NCBI GenBank assembly: GCA_038204425.1
Contig: JBBRCZ010000009.1
Span: 57,202 to 121,201 of the forward strand
Source: Spirochaetia bacterium
GTDB taxonomy: Bacteria; Spirochaetota; Spirochaetia; DSM-27196; Salinispiraceae
Reading direction: 5' to 3'
Length of the DNA: 64,000 nt
Part shown: one piece after another, positions 1-9,492 of the stretch
Position numbering within the stretch: the stretch's first letter is position 1
Layout of the letters: each line of letters opens with the position of its first letter
Notes under the pieces: generated by a model
The model's input: the letters and a program-made list of their open reading frames with translations, nothing else
What the model was told of the DNA's origin: nothing
Database searches by the model: none
Made by a program: the position numbers and the translations under genes

Positions 1-136
1 TTTCGATTTCAGAAAGAATACCCATGTTTCGCAGAGAACGCGATGCCTGAAAAGCATAAGGTCCAAAAGCTATCTTTTGAGCCTCAAATTTGGCTTCGAG
101 AGCACTCCTGTGTTCTTTCAAAAAAAAATCATTCAT
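1..136 (-). CDS. N-terminal part of a probable SAM-dependent O-methyltransferase (runs off the window's left edge)
   Basis: Manual translation from ATG at 136 gives MNDFFLKEHRSALEAKFEAQKIAFGPYAFQASRSLRNMGILSEIE, open to the edge. 'A(K)FEAQKIAF.P..FQA...LR..GIL' resembles the N-terminus of a class I O-methyltransferase family (from recall). Not in the ORF track. Confidence 0.55.
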   Translation of the reverse strand, partial: MNDFFLKEHRSALEAKFEAQKIAFGPYAFQASRSLRNMGILSEIE

Positions 137-272
137 TTTCTATACTCACTTACTTTGGTTTTGGTTCCGCCTGATTCAGCAAGCCGCCATTATTAAAGAA
201 AGAATCATATACTAACAATTTCTTCTATTGACAACAGTATTTTGAGCACAATCAAAAATCTTTTATGAAGCA

Positions 273-553
273 TTGGCAGGAGCAATAGCGTTGCCTATCG
301 GAATTGGTCTGCAAAACTTTCCGAAGGTGCAACAGTCTCAATTCCACTGCGCAGAGAGGGTTTCTCGCGACTAAGGGCCTTCAACTACGGGCAGCTCTCT
401 GGCGTTGTGGAACCAATTGCTGGAGCAATGATTTTCGTCTGTGTAGAAGAGCTTATCCCTGACTCACAGTCAGGCAATGAAACCGACTTTTTTACAGTCG
501 GCGCCATGCTTGGGTTTGCAACCATGATGTTCTTGGATGTTGGTTTCGGTTAA
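273..553 (+). pseudogene. ZIP-family (ZupT/GufA-like) metal transporter remnant
   Basis: LAGAIALPIGIGLQNFP, then a frameshift near 321-323, then EGATVSIPLRREGFSRLRAFNYGQLSGVVEPIAGAMIFVCVEELIPDSQ...MMFLDVGFG* (stop 551-553). The ZIP signature QNFPEG is split by the frameshift, the N-terminal half is absent, and there is an apparent internal deletion at EPIAG/AMIFV. Confidence 0.8.
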
Positions 554-582
554 GAAGTACAAAGCACTTTTCACGATGAATC

Positions 583-1533
583 TTATTTGTCCAATCGAGT
601 TAAAATCCAATTCTGAACCGCTTGAATAAATTCTGCCTTCTCTGGTTCGTGCAACTGATCGTGATAGGAAGTCGCTGGTTCCAACAATAGTTTGTCAGCC
701 GAACCAGCTCTTTTGGCCAACTGCCGACTGCCTTCAATGTTGGTAATCTTGTCAGCAGAGCTGTGGGTAATCAAGAAAGGCAAAGTGATTTTTTCCATGT
801 TCGTCTGAACGTTATCGATCGCATCAGCAGTAGCTGCCGCCGATCTTGCGGGCAGATTGTCAAAAGAAATGAGTGTATCAGCTCTAAAAGCCGTCTGTGC
901 TTCCTCGGTGCGCACAAAGTACGTATCTTCTAAAGGCTGAACGGATAGACTAGGCAAGACAAAGCCGAGTATTCGTACGACGAAGACTGAAAAACCAGAA
1001 ACGTCATCGCCTAGCTTTAGTGCTGGGCCAGACAAAACCATGCCTGCTAAGTTTTTTTGGTGAACTAAGGCGTACTCTGTTGTAATCAAGCCCCCTAAAC
1101 TATGTCCAAAGGCGAATATCTTAAGGCCAGGAAAATCTTTTTGGGCTCTTAGGATGATCCGATCTAAATCATTGGTTACTTGAGTCATGGAATCAAAACG
1201 CTGGCGTTCTCCTTCACTTCGACCGAATCCGCGCAAATCCTGGGCATAAACTACTAAACCGTTTGTGGCTAATGACTCTGCAAGTTCTGCATAGCGCAGC
1301 GCATGATCTCGCAGACCATGTGTTATGACCACCACACCTTGGGGAGAGGACGTGGGCATCCAACGGTAACCCTGCAAGTTGAGCCCGTCCTCAGAAACCG
1401 TGGTGAACGATTCAAACACGTACTGATCTGTTTTGGTATTCTCTGGGACAGGCGGGGCCACAAAAGTTGTGTTGGCACAGTTTACCAAGATTAGAGTCAG
1501 TAAAATAAAAAACGACAGTTTAAAAAATCTCAT
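583..1533 (-). CDS. Alpha/beta hydrolase (lysophospholipase/monoglyceride lipase family), probable lipoprotein
   Basis: HGLRDH, DLRGFGRS and GHSLGG nucleophile elbow, with a C-terminal His region (YHDQLHE). Start moved to ATG 1533, which follows an AAGGAGG RBS and begins a signal peptide ending LILVNC. Confidence 0.85.
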   Translation of the reverse strand: MRFFKLSFFILLTLILVNCANTTFVAPPVPENTKTDQYVFESFTTVSEDGLNLQGYRWMPTSSPQGVVVITHGLRDHALRYAELAESLATNGLVVYAQDLRGFGRSEGERQRFDSMTQVTNDLDRIILRAQKDFPGLKIFAFGHSLGGLITTEYALVHQKNLAGMVLSGPALKLGDDVSGFSVFVVRILGFVLPSLSVQPLEDTYFVRTEEAQTAFRADTLISFDNLPARSAAATADAIDNVQTNMEKITLPFLITHSSADKITNIEGSRQLAKRAGSADKLLLEPATSYHDQLHEPEKAEFIQAVQNWILTRLDK

Positions 1534-1652
1534 CTTTATGTGCCCTCCTTTGAGCACAGAAGAAATGTAATACACCGTTCTTTATATGTCCAGTGTTCTT
1601 CTTGGCCCAACCGTATCTTGTTTGTTTTGCCCAATTCCGCTAGGATAGCGCA

Positions 1653-2264
1653 ATGTCCGTAACAGACCGAAAAGAGAGAGACCTTGCTGCCCGCCGCAGA
1701 AAAATCTTGGATGCGGCTTGGTCTCTGGCGGAAACGGAAGGCTGGTCGGGCGTTTCCATTCGCAAATTGGCCGAAATTATTGAGTACGGTCCTACAGTTC
1801 TCTATCAACACTTTACCAACAAAGATGAAATTCTGCGTGAGCTTAGAGAAGAGGCTTTTGACGAACTGATTGAGGCTCTAGCTGAGGCGTGGGGAAAAGC
1901 TGCCCCTAGGCATGAGATTCAATCACTTGCACAGGCCTATCTCGACTTCGGAATTCACAGGAAAGTACGATACGAAGTGATGATGGAATTAGGTGGAGTG
2001 ATTTTTAGCGAAAAACACCCAACGGCAAAAGCCGCTCAATTGATGCAGGAGGTTGAAAGTGCAATCAAGGCTTGGTGCCTTTCCGAAGGTTTAAAGGTAG
2101 AGCATTTAACTATGGAGTGGTTCGAACTATGCCTCTATTTGCACGGTCTTGTAGCCGCTCGGTCAATCAGTTTTATACAGGATTCCGAACAGACTCTAAA
2201 AGCCTTATTTCAATTTGGCGTCAACGATTTGATGAATGCTTGGCGTCTGAGGTTTGCGAAATAA
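1653..2264 (+). CDS. TetR/AcrR family transcriptional regulator
   Basis: N-terminal HTH ILDAAWSLAETEGWSGVSIRKLAEIIEYGPTVLYQHF..KDEI. Divergent from the hydrolase gene. Confidence 0.9.
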   Translation: MSVTDRKERDLAARRRKILDAAWSLAETEGWSGVSIRKLAEIIEYGPTVLYQHFTNKDEILRELREEAFDELIEALAEAWGKAAPRHEIQSLAQAYLDFGIHRKVRYEVMMELGGVIFSEKHPTAKAAQLMQEVESAIKAWCLSEGLKVEHLTMEWFELCLYLHGLVAARSISFIQDSEQTLKALFQFGVNDLMNAWRLRFAK

Positions 2265-2317
2265 GTAATCTTGCTGCACTTTCCGCTCTCTTAGTCGCGT
2301 GCTCTATACAAATTTGT

Positions 2318-3235
2318 TCAAAAAATCTCCGGGACCACAATTTCTGATGGAATAGCTGCGCGCACATAGTCTTGGTGGTGTTCGCGCGGTGGCAAGACTA
2401 TGTGAGGATGGGTAACTTCCTCGTAGGGCATTTGGCTTAAAAGGTGATGGATGCAGTTGAGGCGAGCCTTTTTTTTGTCCACCGCCTGCACAACCCACCA
2501 AGGTGCCTCTGCAATATGGGTACGTTCAAACATAATTTCTTTTGCCTTGGTATATTCTTCCCACCGTTTGCGTGATTCAAGATCCATCGGGCTGAGCTTC
2601 CATTGTTTGAGTGGATCATGAATACGCCCCAAAAAACGCATATGTTGTTCTTGGTCAGAAATGGAAAACCAGTACTTAATAAGTTGAATACCCGACCGTA
2701 CCAGCATTCGTTCAAATTCGGGGACCGAGCGAAAAAACTCTTCGTACTGTTCGTCAGAGCAAAAGCCCATAACCCGTTCCACGCCAGCTCGGTTATACCA
2801 TGAGCGGTCAAAAAAAACGATCTCGCCGGCTGATGGAAGATGCGAAATATAGCGTTGAAAGTACCACTGAGTTTTTTCACGTTCGTTTGGGGCGGGGAGG
2901 GCAGCGACACGGCACACGCGTGGATTAAGTCGCTGGGTAATGCGTTTAATTACACCACCTTTTCCTGCGGCATCTCTGCCTTCAAAAAGTATGACAACTT
3001 TATGCCCGGTTGCGACGACCCAATCCTGCAGTTTTACCAGCTCGCCTTGCATGCGAAATAGTTCGCGAAAATATTTGCGTCGATATTCTTTTTCTTCAGT
3101 AGTGATTGAAGCGATGCCGTCTTCGGAGTTTCTTTCGGTTAGATAATCTTCTAACTCCATTTCTAGTTCTTCGTCGTAGATGTCACTAAGATCGCGGTGC
3201 ACGCGTCGTACAAGTTCTTCTTCGCTGGTGCTCAT
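2318..3235 (-). CDS. ppk2: Polyphosphate kinase 2
   Basis: FEGRDAAGKGG Walker A, QWYFQRY, FDRSWYNRAGVERVMGF and KQWKLSPMD motifs. GAGGAG RBS upstream. Confidence 0.95.
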   Translation of the reverse strand: MSTSEEELVRRVHRDLSDIYDEELEMELEDYLTERNSEDGIASITTEEKEYRRKYFRELFRMQGELVKLQDWVVATGHKVVILFEGRDAAGKGGVIKRITQRLNPRVCRVAALPAPNEREKTQWYFQRYISHLPSAGEIVFFDRSWYNRAGVERVMGFCSDEQYEEFFRSVPEFERMLVRSGIQLIKYWFSISDQEQHMRFLGRIHDPLKQWKLSPMDLESRKRWEEYTKAKEIMFERTHIAEAPWWVVQAVDKKKARLNCIHHLLSQMPYEEVTHPHIVLPPREHHQDYVRAAIPSEIVVPEIF

Positions 3236-3323
3236 GAATAACTCCTCATTATACGCCCTATAGAACTATAACTACGCAAGATACCGGTTTGGTCTTGGTG
3301 AAAGTTTGGTTAAATCAAGCTTT

Positions 3324-3756
3324 GGCTCTGGCAAAAGTCCACTAGTTTTTGGAACCATTGCGGCGGAAAGCCAAAGGTTGATCAGCGAGACTTATCCTGC
3401 CTTTGTGCAGCAGTTTATGCCGCACTATGGCCAGCCCGATGCCGACCTGCTAGAGAACATTTCCGCTGCCATCATTGTCAATCAGCAGCGGCTTGGCGGC
3501 AATGGACATGGCAGCCGTGATTGATGAAAGCAAATCGCTCAATGCGGGCGCTTTGTTGCCTAAGGATTATGCGGCTGATTCCTGGTACTGGGAAATCTAC
3601 AAAAACTATAGCCTGTTTGACATGGACAAGCCAATCAATAAATTCACCAAAGATGAGCGGAAAAATCTCTTGCAACACGACGATGGACGCAAGATCAAAG
3701 TGGGCAAAATTGGCCTCACTTATGAAGGGATTGTCAACAAGCTCAAGAATGTTTAG
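3324..3756 (+). pseudogene. UvrA-like (class II/DrrC-type) ABC ATPase fragment
   Basis: GSGKS.LVFGTIAAESQRLI.ETY.AFVQ.FMP.YGQPDAD.LEN...AIIV.Q.RLGGN, followed in another frame by VIDESKSLN.GA...D.DKPI..FT..E...LL...TYEGIV. Only two short pieces remain, with a frame break, a deletion and no C-terminal ATPase half. Confidence 0.8.
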
Positions 3757-3925
3757 GTCTCAATGCCCCGCCGGTTTTACTCAGCTTTGCGAGTCAGAAT
3801 ACTGCTATAACAGGTCATAATCAAAAGAATGTACTTAAAAACCTTTTTTTTTGCCGTTCTAGTGCTAAAATTAAGGATAGTTAGTTATACCGTATTTAAA
3901 AAAAGTGCCAATGGAGGCCTAAATC

Positions 3926-5902
3926 ATGAAAAATACAAGCAACGTTTTATTAATACTCGCTCTTCTCGTCAGCATTTTTGCAATAAGTTCGTGTACCCTT
4001 GTGGACAATCCCAACACCCTGCCCACGCTTCAAGTTTTACCTGGTAGCGAAGAACTGCAAAATTTTCAAACCACTTTTATGGCAAGCTTCGAAATGTTCA
4101 ATGGCAGTTTTAGTAGCTCGTCACGTGCCTTAACGCCTTTTCAACAACGAGCGAGCAGCTCCCAACAGGCCCGGGCAACCGTGCCACTATTTGGTGCTGA
4201 CTCAATTACTTTGCCCACTGGGAGCACCGAGCTTACTGGAAGCCGCAGTGATTATCCAGAACCAGCCCAAAATTCTAATTGGACAATTAGAGGATTTCCT
4301 CCAGTGCCAAATGCTTATGAGATTAAGGTTACGACCAGCTTTCAGAGCTACGATCCTCGTTCTTTTCAAGAAGAAATTTATCTCATCAAGGATGTTGATA
4401 CTAATGGCCAATGGACCACCGCTGATTTAATTATTGACAGTACTGGTGTACAAAATGATGCCTATAGACTCTACAATCGACTTTACTACCGAGATGGAAG
4501 TTTTCAGGACGAGGTAATTGTTCAGGTGAGAAAACCAACTACAGCAGGCAATATGTTAACAGGCTATGATTATTTTGGAGTCTTTGATGCCAGCGACGCA
4601 TTAGATTACCCGGACGTTTTTGCACCAACGCTTCATGGAGGAGTTGGCGGTGCTACCTACTCATCGGTTGTTGCCTACACGAGATCGTTTCTTAGTGCGC
4701 CTAGTTACTCTTTTTGGGCTGGCAAGCGCGCTCGAAGCATTGTTGGCGTGCGTTACTATACCGAGCACTTGACCGAAGGCGACACCAAGTTAGTATCTGA
4801 CCTTGCGATGTTTGAAAAAGCCATCGATAGTTTGGTAACAACCAGTGGCAGCTTTGTTAACGCATCATCTGACTTGTTTTTGCCAGCCCTAGCAAGCAAC
4901 CGAAATCCTACCTTGCTAAGTCAAAGTGTTTTGCGACAGCAAATTACCTACGGTTGGAATAGTGCAAGTTCTACAGTCAACTACAATTCCGCCAGCCGAG
5001 ACACGCGTATGAAAACCGTGGTGGTCAATATTAGCAATAATGCTGACTATTACATTACTCGCGTTAACAATGAGGCAGCGCTCTTAGTAAATGGTAGCTC
5101 TACTATTAACATCCCCAGCGGTGACGCTACGGAAATTGTAAATAGCGATCCCGATGCTGCAGTTTTTAATAAATTTGATCAAAAAACGGTTACTACTGGA
5201 AGTCTAACACCTCTCGATATTGTGGTAGGTACTGCTACTGGCGATCTTGGCACACTTTACAAAAGCCTTGCAGAAGGCGCAGCCAGCATTGCTATTAATG
5301 GAGCAGATGATATCCCTGGCGACATAACTGGTACCGTGGATGTAAAATCTTTTAGTGGTGCACAGGGTTTTGATACAGGCGCAAATGCCTCTTATACAGC
5401 GGCAGGAACCGTCGAAGCTTGGGTTTACATGAACAGTGTTACTGATACCGGTGGTATTGTACACGCTGGTAAAAATTCTGATTGGCTTGATGAATTGTGG
5501 TCATTACAGTTAAACGGTACCTCAAGACAAGTAATGTTTGCTTTAGTAGCTCAAGGTCCTTACACGTATGGCTATGCACTTTCTGGTACCAAAATAAACA
5601 CAAAAAAATGGTACTATCTTGTCGGTACATGGTCTAGCAATGCCACTAATACCACACTTAAAGTATATATCAATGGCGTATTGGACAAGACAAGTACTTC
5701 TGCCAATGTCAAAACAAGCTCAAGCTATTCTGGCCCCGTTGACGTAATTGTAGGTTCACAGTTTTATGCAGACAAAGTGCTACCTGGTTACTATGGTTTT
5801 GATGGTAAGATCAATGGCGTATTGTTTAGCGCTGCAGCTAAAACACCGACAGAAATCCTAGACTTCTATAATTTGCACAAGGCAAAGACTGCCAACTGGT
5901 AA
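3926..5902 (+). CDS. Lipoprotein with C-terminal LamG-like (concanavalin A jellyroll) domain
   Basis: GGAGG RBS and a signal peptide ending FAISSC. The C-terminal TVEAWVY...KWYYLVGTW...LKVYINGVLD...FDGKINGV..F..A.TPTEI..FY is a LamG pattern. The N-terminal ~470 aa is unrecognised. Confidence 0.8.
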   Translation: MKNTSNVLLILALLVSIFAISSCTLVDNPNTLPTLQVLPGSEELQNFQTTFMASFEMFNGSFSSSSRALTPFQQRASSSQQARATVPLFGADSITLPTGSTELTGSRSDYPEPAQNSNWTIRGFPPVPNAYEIKVTTSFQSYDPRSFQEEIYLIKDVDTNGQWTTADLIIDSTGVQNDAYRLYNRLYYRDGSFQDEVIVQVRKPTTAGNMLTGYDYFGVFDASDALDYPDVFAPTLHGGVGGATYSSVVAYTRSFLSAPSYSFWAGKRARSIVGVRYYTEHLTEGDTKLVSDLAMFEKAIDSLVTTSGSFVNASSDLFLPALASNRNPTLLSQSVLRQQITYGWNSASSTVNYNSASRDTRMKTVVVNISNNADYYITRVNNEAALLVNGSSTINIPSGDATEIVNSDPDAAVFNKFDQKTVTTGSLTPLDIVVGTATGDLGTLYKSLAEGAASIAINGADDIPGDITGTVDVKSFSGAQGFDTGANASYTAAGTVEAWVYMNSVTDTGGIVHAGKNSDWLDELWSLQLNGTSRQVMFALVAQGPYTYGYALSGTKINTKKWYYLVGTWSSNATNTTLKVYINGVLDKTSTSANVKTSSSYSGPVDVIVGSQFYADKVLPGYYGFDGKINGVLFSAAAKTPTEILDFYNLHKAKTANW

Positions 5903-5913
5903 GACAAAACAAA

Positions 5914-5938
5914 GGCCTCCCGCTCGGGAGGCTTTTTT
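5914..5938. terminator. Intrinsic terminator, probably bidirectional
   Basis: gcctccc-gctc-gggaggc hairpin followed by a T-run, with an A-rich flank on the other side, between convergent genes. Confidence 0.8.
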
Positions 5939-7310
5939 ACGCCATGGCTCGCGAAAAGATGCGACGTTCTATAGTTTTTGCCGCATCCGTCAATAGGAAC
6001 CAGGTCACCACAGCGCTTGTAAAAGCAGAAACCAAATAACCAAGCCCGGGGGTCAAGTCCGGTAAAAAATAGTAGAGCACCGGAAACACCAACCCGTTTA
6101 AAAGTATGAAGATCAGTGCCGCGACAAAGGCCTGTCGATACAGTTCAAAGTAGTACAAAAAATTAGTGAGTGTCATAAACAACAATTGGAAATACATGGC
6201 GCCAAGAACTAAAATAGTGTGGTTGCGCATTGCCACATCGTCCATCAACCACATAGCTAAAATGACCCCAAGACTGGTAAACACTGCCTGAAACACATTT
6301 TGAGCACCGACCTCTGCCTTTAAAACCCTTATCATTTCATATTTTGACTTCTGAATTTCATTATATGGTACGGTCAATAGGGAATGTAAAAAATGATTTA
6401 AGGCGCGATAAAAGGCAGTTTCGCAAAAAATGACAAAGTATACCAAGCCAGGAATTATTGAAAGACCTGCCAAATAAACAGGCAGGTCGTATTGGTCAAA
6501 CAATCTAAAAAAACTGCCTTCGACGGGGGTGCCGCGATTAATCCAGAAGAATATTTTGTCCGTCCATTGACCACAATAGAAAAATAAACCCGACAAGACC
6601 AAGAGAAAATATTTTTGATAATAGGTCTTCAATTTCTTTAAGCGATGCTTTGGTCGACGTGGTGGATACACTAAAAAACTCATTGTAGCGAGTGCCACTA
6701 CAATCAAAAAATGTCCAGCTGCAAATCCGCTAACAGCACCGGCGGCGCCCCAAAGTTGCCCCCACCAGACTACCAGTCCTATTGAGGCCACCATGCCAGC
6801 CACATAGACAAGCATGATGCGCACATACTGTTTTAAAAGCGAAATAAAGAGCATCACCAGCCACAGCAGATTGATAGATACAAACAAAAAAACGCTTCCC
6901 AATCTAAAAAACAAGGGGTGAGCAACATCACCAACAGGCTGGCTAAACATTACCAAAGCAGCGATACCAGCCGATGCCAAGGCCGTAAAGACGGCATAGT
7001 AAATGAGCCAACTTGAGGCTTGGCGTTGTTTGTTTTCCCACAACAAATCAGCAATCATGCGAGTAAACAGGTAGTGCAAACCGCTAAAAAGGCTCAACGA
7101 AAAAGCAAAACTATAGACAATCGCGGCTTGAAAAAGTCCTTGGCTAGCAATGTTGAAAACAGTAAAATAGAGTCGAATCACAAATATGGTAATTATGGTC
7201 AAAATCCAAGGGCCAGCAACAATCAAAATGCCAGAAAGTGCCGCGCTAAAGACATTGGCTAAGCCACCCTTGGCAAAAACTTTTCGTAGTTCAAACCCGA
7301 TTCCTGCCAT
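5937..7310 (-). CDS. pelG: Pel exopolysaccharide transporter PelG
   Basis: Signature start MAGIGFELRK, ...AGPWIL..., WTDK..FW, YDLPVYLA.LSIIPGLVYF...ET.FY. Many TM helices, and directly downstream of pelF. Confidence 0.93.
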   Translation of the reverse strand: MAGIGFELRKVFAKGGLANVFSAALSGILIVAGPWILTIITIFVIRLYFTVFNIASQGLFQAAIVYSFAFSLSLFSGLHYLFTRMIADLLWENKQRQASSWLIYYAVFTALASAGIAALVMFSQPVGDVAHPLFFRLGSVFLFVSINLLWLVMLFISLLKQYVRIMLVYVAGMVASIGLVVWWGQLWGAAGAVSGFAAGHFLIVVALATMSFLVYPPRRPKHRLKKLKTYYQKYFLLVLSGLFFYCGQWTDKIFFWINRGTPVEGSFFRLFDQYDLPVYLAGLSIIPGLVYFVIFCETAFYRALNHFLHSLLTVPYNEIQKSKYEMIRVLKAEVGAQNVFQAVFTSLGVILAMWLMDDVAMRNHTILVLGAMYFQLLFMTLTNFLYYFELYRQAFVAALIFILLNGLVFPVLYYFLPDLTPGLGYLVSAFTSAVVTWFLLTDAAKTIERRIFSRAMA

Positions 7311-7312
7311 GT

Positions 7313-8716
7313 CTAAATTGTCTCCAGCATGCTTTTGTACAAGCTTCGATAGGTATTCAATAAGTCTTTCTTATCATAGAGACTAAATACTTTTTGTCTG
7401 TTTTTTTGGTTGATGAGCTTCATTTCATCAGGATGACTATAAATGTAGCGAATGCCTTGGGCCAACTTTTCCGAGTCCTTGGAGGCAGCCAAAAATCTAT
7501 CGTCGTAATCGAGCATTTCCGGCACGTTGCCAACTTTGGTGCAGACACAGGGCACGTAGGCAGTCCACGCTTCGAGTATAACCAGCGGCTGAGCTTCACG
7601 GACACTCGTTAAGAGCATAACATCCAAAAATGAATAGTACTCCAACACATTTTGTCGACCAGTAAACAAAAATCTATCTTGAATATTGAGACTCTCTACT
7701 AGCTTTACGCAGTCTTCGTAGTACGCCTGATCTTCATCGGTTGGGCCAATGGCATAAAAAATTGCCTCAGGAATTTCGTCCAGTATAATTTTTGCAGTGG
7801 TAATAAATGTCTTAATATCCTTTATAGGAACTATTCTACCAACCAAACCGATGTGAAAACCTGCTCGTTTTTCTTTTATTACGGCAGAGAATCGCTCAAC
7901 ATCGATGCCGTTAGGAATTACCAAAGTTTTTTCGTGTGGAGCACCAAGTTCCAATTGCTTTTGTCTATTTTCTTCAAACAGGGCGGTAATTCTATCAGCA
8001 AATTTGTAACAAATTGAGCTGAGTTTGTTGTAAGTCTTTATCCACATATCGCGCTGGTAACCACGTACTAGGTCTGACTTTCGTATCTCAATTTCGCGCT
8101 CTTTGTGGTACAGTCCGTGCTCGGTTAAGAGCATTGGTTTTTTACGGCGAATGCGAGCAGCCAAGGCAGCCAAACCTGCAAACCCTGTAGATATGGCATG
8201 GTAAATGTCGGCTTCTGGTGGTCGGGCTGCCAAAACCCTAAAGATCATATCATGGGAGGATTGTAAGGCCCAATAATAGTCAGCAAACGGATAGATAGGA
8301 TTGCGTTTTTTGTTGGTCTCTACCACCATTTCCCACGAAGTATCTTCGCGTACGCTATCGCGGTGCAAGTTATAACCTTCGGGTATGCGGCTAATCATCT
8401 CGCGTAAATCTGGCGACTCACCTGAGAACATGCGAGCGTGGGTGCTCATAATGTTTTTTAGCATTTCTGGCTTATCAGGGTGCTTTTGTTTTTGCGGAAT
8501 TTTTTCTGATAGAACAAGGTCAAGATGTTCAACCACATTGGCAGGAAGTTTGTAGCGCAGCTCCTGTCCACCTACCGGGGAGATTGTAAACAAACAGAAG
8601 TCGAGATCGGGCAAACCGCTAATCATGTCTTGCACCCAGGCACTGACTCCACCGGTAATAAAAGGGTAGGAACCTTCCAATACCATGCAAACCCGCAATC
8701 GCTGTTTGTCGATCAT
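7313..8716 (-). CDS. pelF: GT4 glycosyltransferase PelF
   Basis: LEGSYPFITGGVSAWV, HAISTGFAG, LTEHGLY.KER..EI, GRIVPIKDIKTFI and EAQPLVILE (EX7E). Start set at ATG 8716, which has a GGAG RBS and an ATGA overlap with the upstream stop. Confidence 0.93.
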   Translation of the reverse strand: MIDKQRLRVCMVLEGSYPFITGGVSAWVQDMISGLPDLDFCLFTISPVGGQELRYKLPANVVEHLDLVLSEKIPQKQKHPDKPEMLKNIMSTHARMFSGESPDLREMISRIPEGYNLHRDSVREDTSWEMVVETNKKRNPIYPFADYYWALQSSHDMIFRVLAARPPEADIYHAISTGFAGLAALAARIRRKKPMLLTEHGLYHKEREIEIRKSDLVRGYQRDMWIKTYNKLSSICYKFADRITALFEENRQKQLELGAPHEKTLVIPNGIDVERFSAVIKEKRAGFHIGLVGRIVPIKDIKTFITTAKIILDEIPEAIFYAIGPTDEDQAYYEDCVKLVESLNIQDRFLFTGRQNVLEYYSFLDVMLLTSVREAQPLVILEAWTAYVPCVCTKVGNVPEMLDYDDRFLAASKDSEKLAQGIRYIYSHPDEMKLINQKNRQKVFSLYDKKDLLNTYRSLYKSMLETI

Positions 8717-9492
8717 GTGTTTTCTCCGATCCAAAATTGATACACTTTTTTAACCTTGGGAAATTTATTGCCGTCGTTGAGAAAAACCAAAATTGACATT
8801 ACCTTGATGTAATCCCTTTTGGCAAACTGAACTTGCGCCATCAAAAAAAGCAAGAATGGATCCTGTTTGTGCTTACGCAGCGACCTATCCAAAACTTTTT
8901 CAGCAAGGTGGATCTTGCTGCTTTCTAGTAGCAATTTTATGAGTAATTGCATATCGTCATTGTGTAAGTCTAGGCGGTGCCAGTTTTCTTGATAGACGGC
9001 ATACGCTTCGCCTAAGTAAAAATACTTTAAAACAGGCCTCGAAATATTTAGCAAGCCAAGTTCATACAGGTTCTTAACTAACTTACGGACGACCGCCTTA
9101 AAGCTAGGATCTTGTACGTCAGAAACTTTTTCTCTATAGGATCTTTTTAATGCTTGTATTCGATCGTTGTAGCGCATTTCCAAGGAGTTGATACTCTCCG
9201 CGGCAAAAAGCGCTAATTCTTTGTCTGGATTAATGATAAGCTGTTCAAAAATGCGCATCAACAAAATTGCTGAGCCAACATTTAGGTTTTTTCTAGCTAA
9301 AAGACGCTCAATTTCCATTATGTTGTAGGGTTCTTCAAAAATAGGCCTAATATTTACGGCCATCGACAAATAAGATTCTTCTGGCACCAATCCGGCATCA
9401 AAGGCCATTAGCGCAGCCGATTGGGTTTTTGGTAGGTAGCTAAATCGGCTTTCTACAAAATAGCCGAAATTGTAGCTTAAATCGCGACTCAT
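8713..9492 (-). CDS. PelE-like TPR protein
   Basis: Lies between pelD-like and pelF with ATGA overlaps. HEAT-like 'NPDKELALFAAESINSLE' and C-terminal TPR-like helices. No obvious N-terminal TM segments. Confidence 0.65.
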   Translation of the reverse strand: MSRDLSYNFGYFVESRFSYLPKTQSAALMAFDAGLVPEESYLSMAVNIRPIFEEPYNIMEIERLLARKNLNVGSAILLMRIFEQLIINPDKELALFAAESINSLEMRYNDRIQALKRSYREKVSDVQDPSFKAVVRKLVKNLYELGLLNISRPVLKYFYLGEAYAVYQENWHRLDLHNDDMQLLIKLLLESSKIHLAEKVLDRSLRKHKQDPFLLFLMAQVQFAKRDYIKVMSILVFLNDGNKFPKVKKVYQFWIGENT

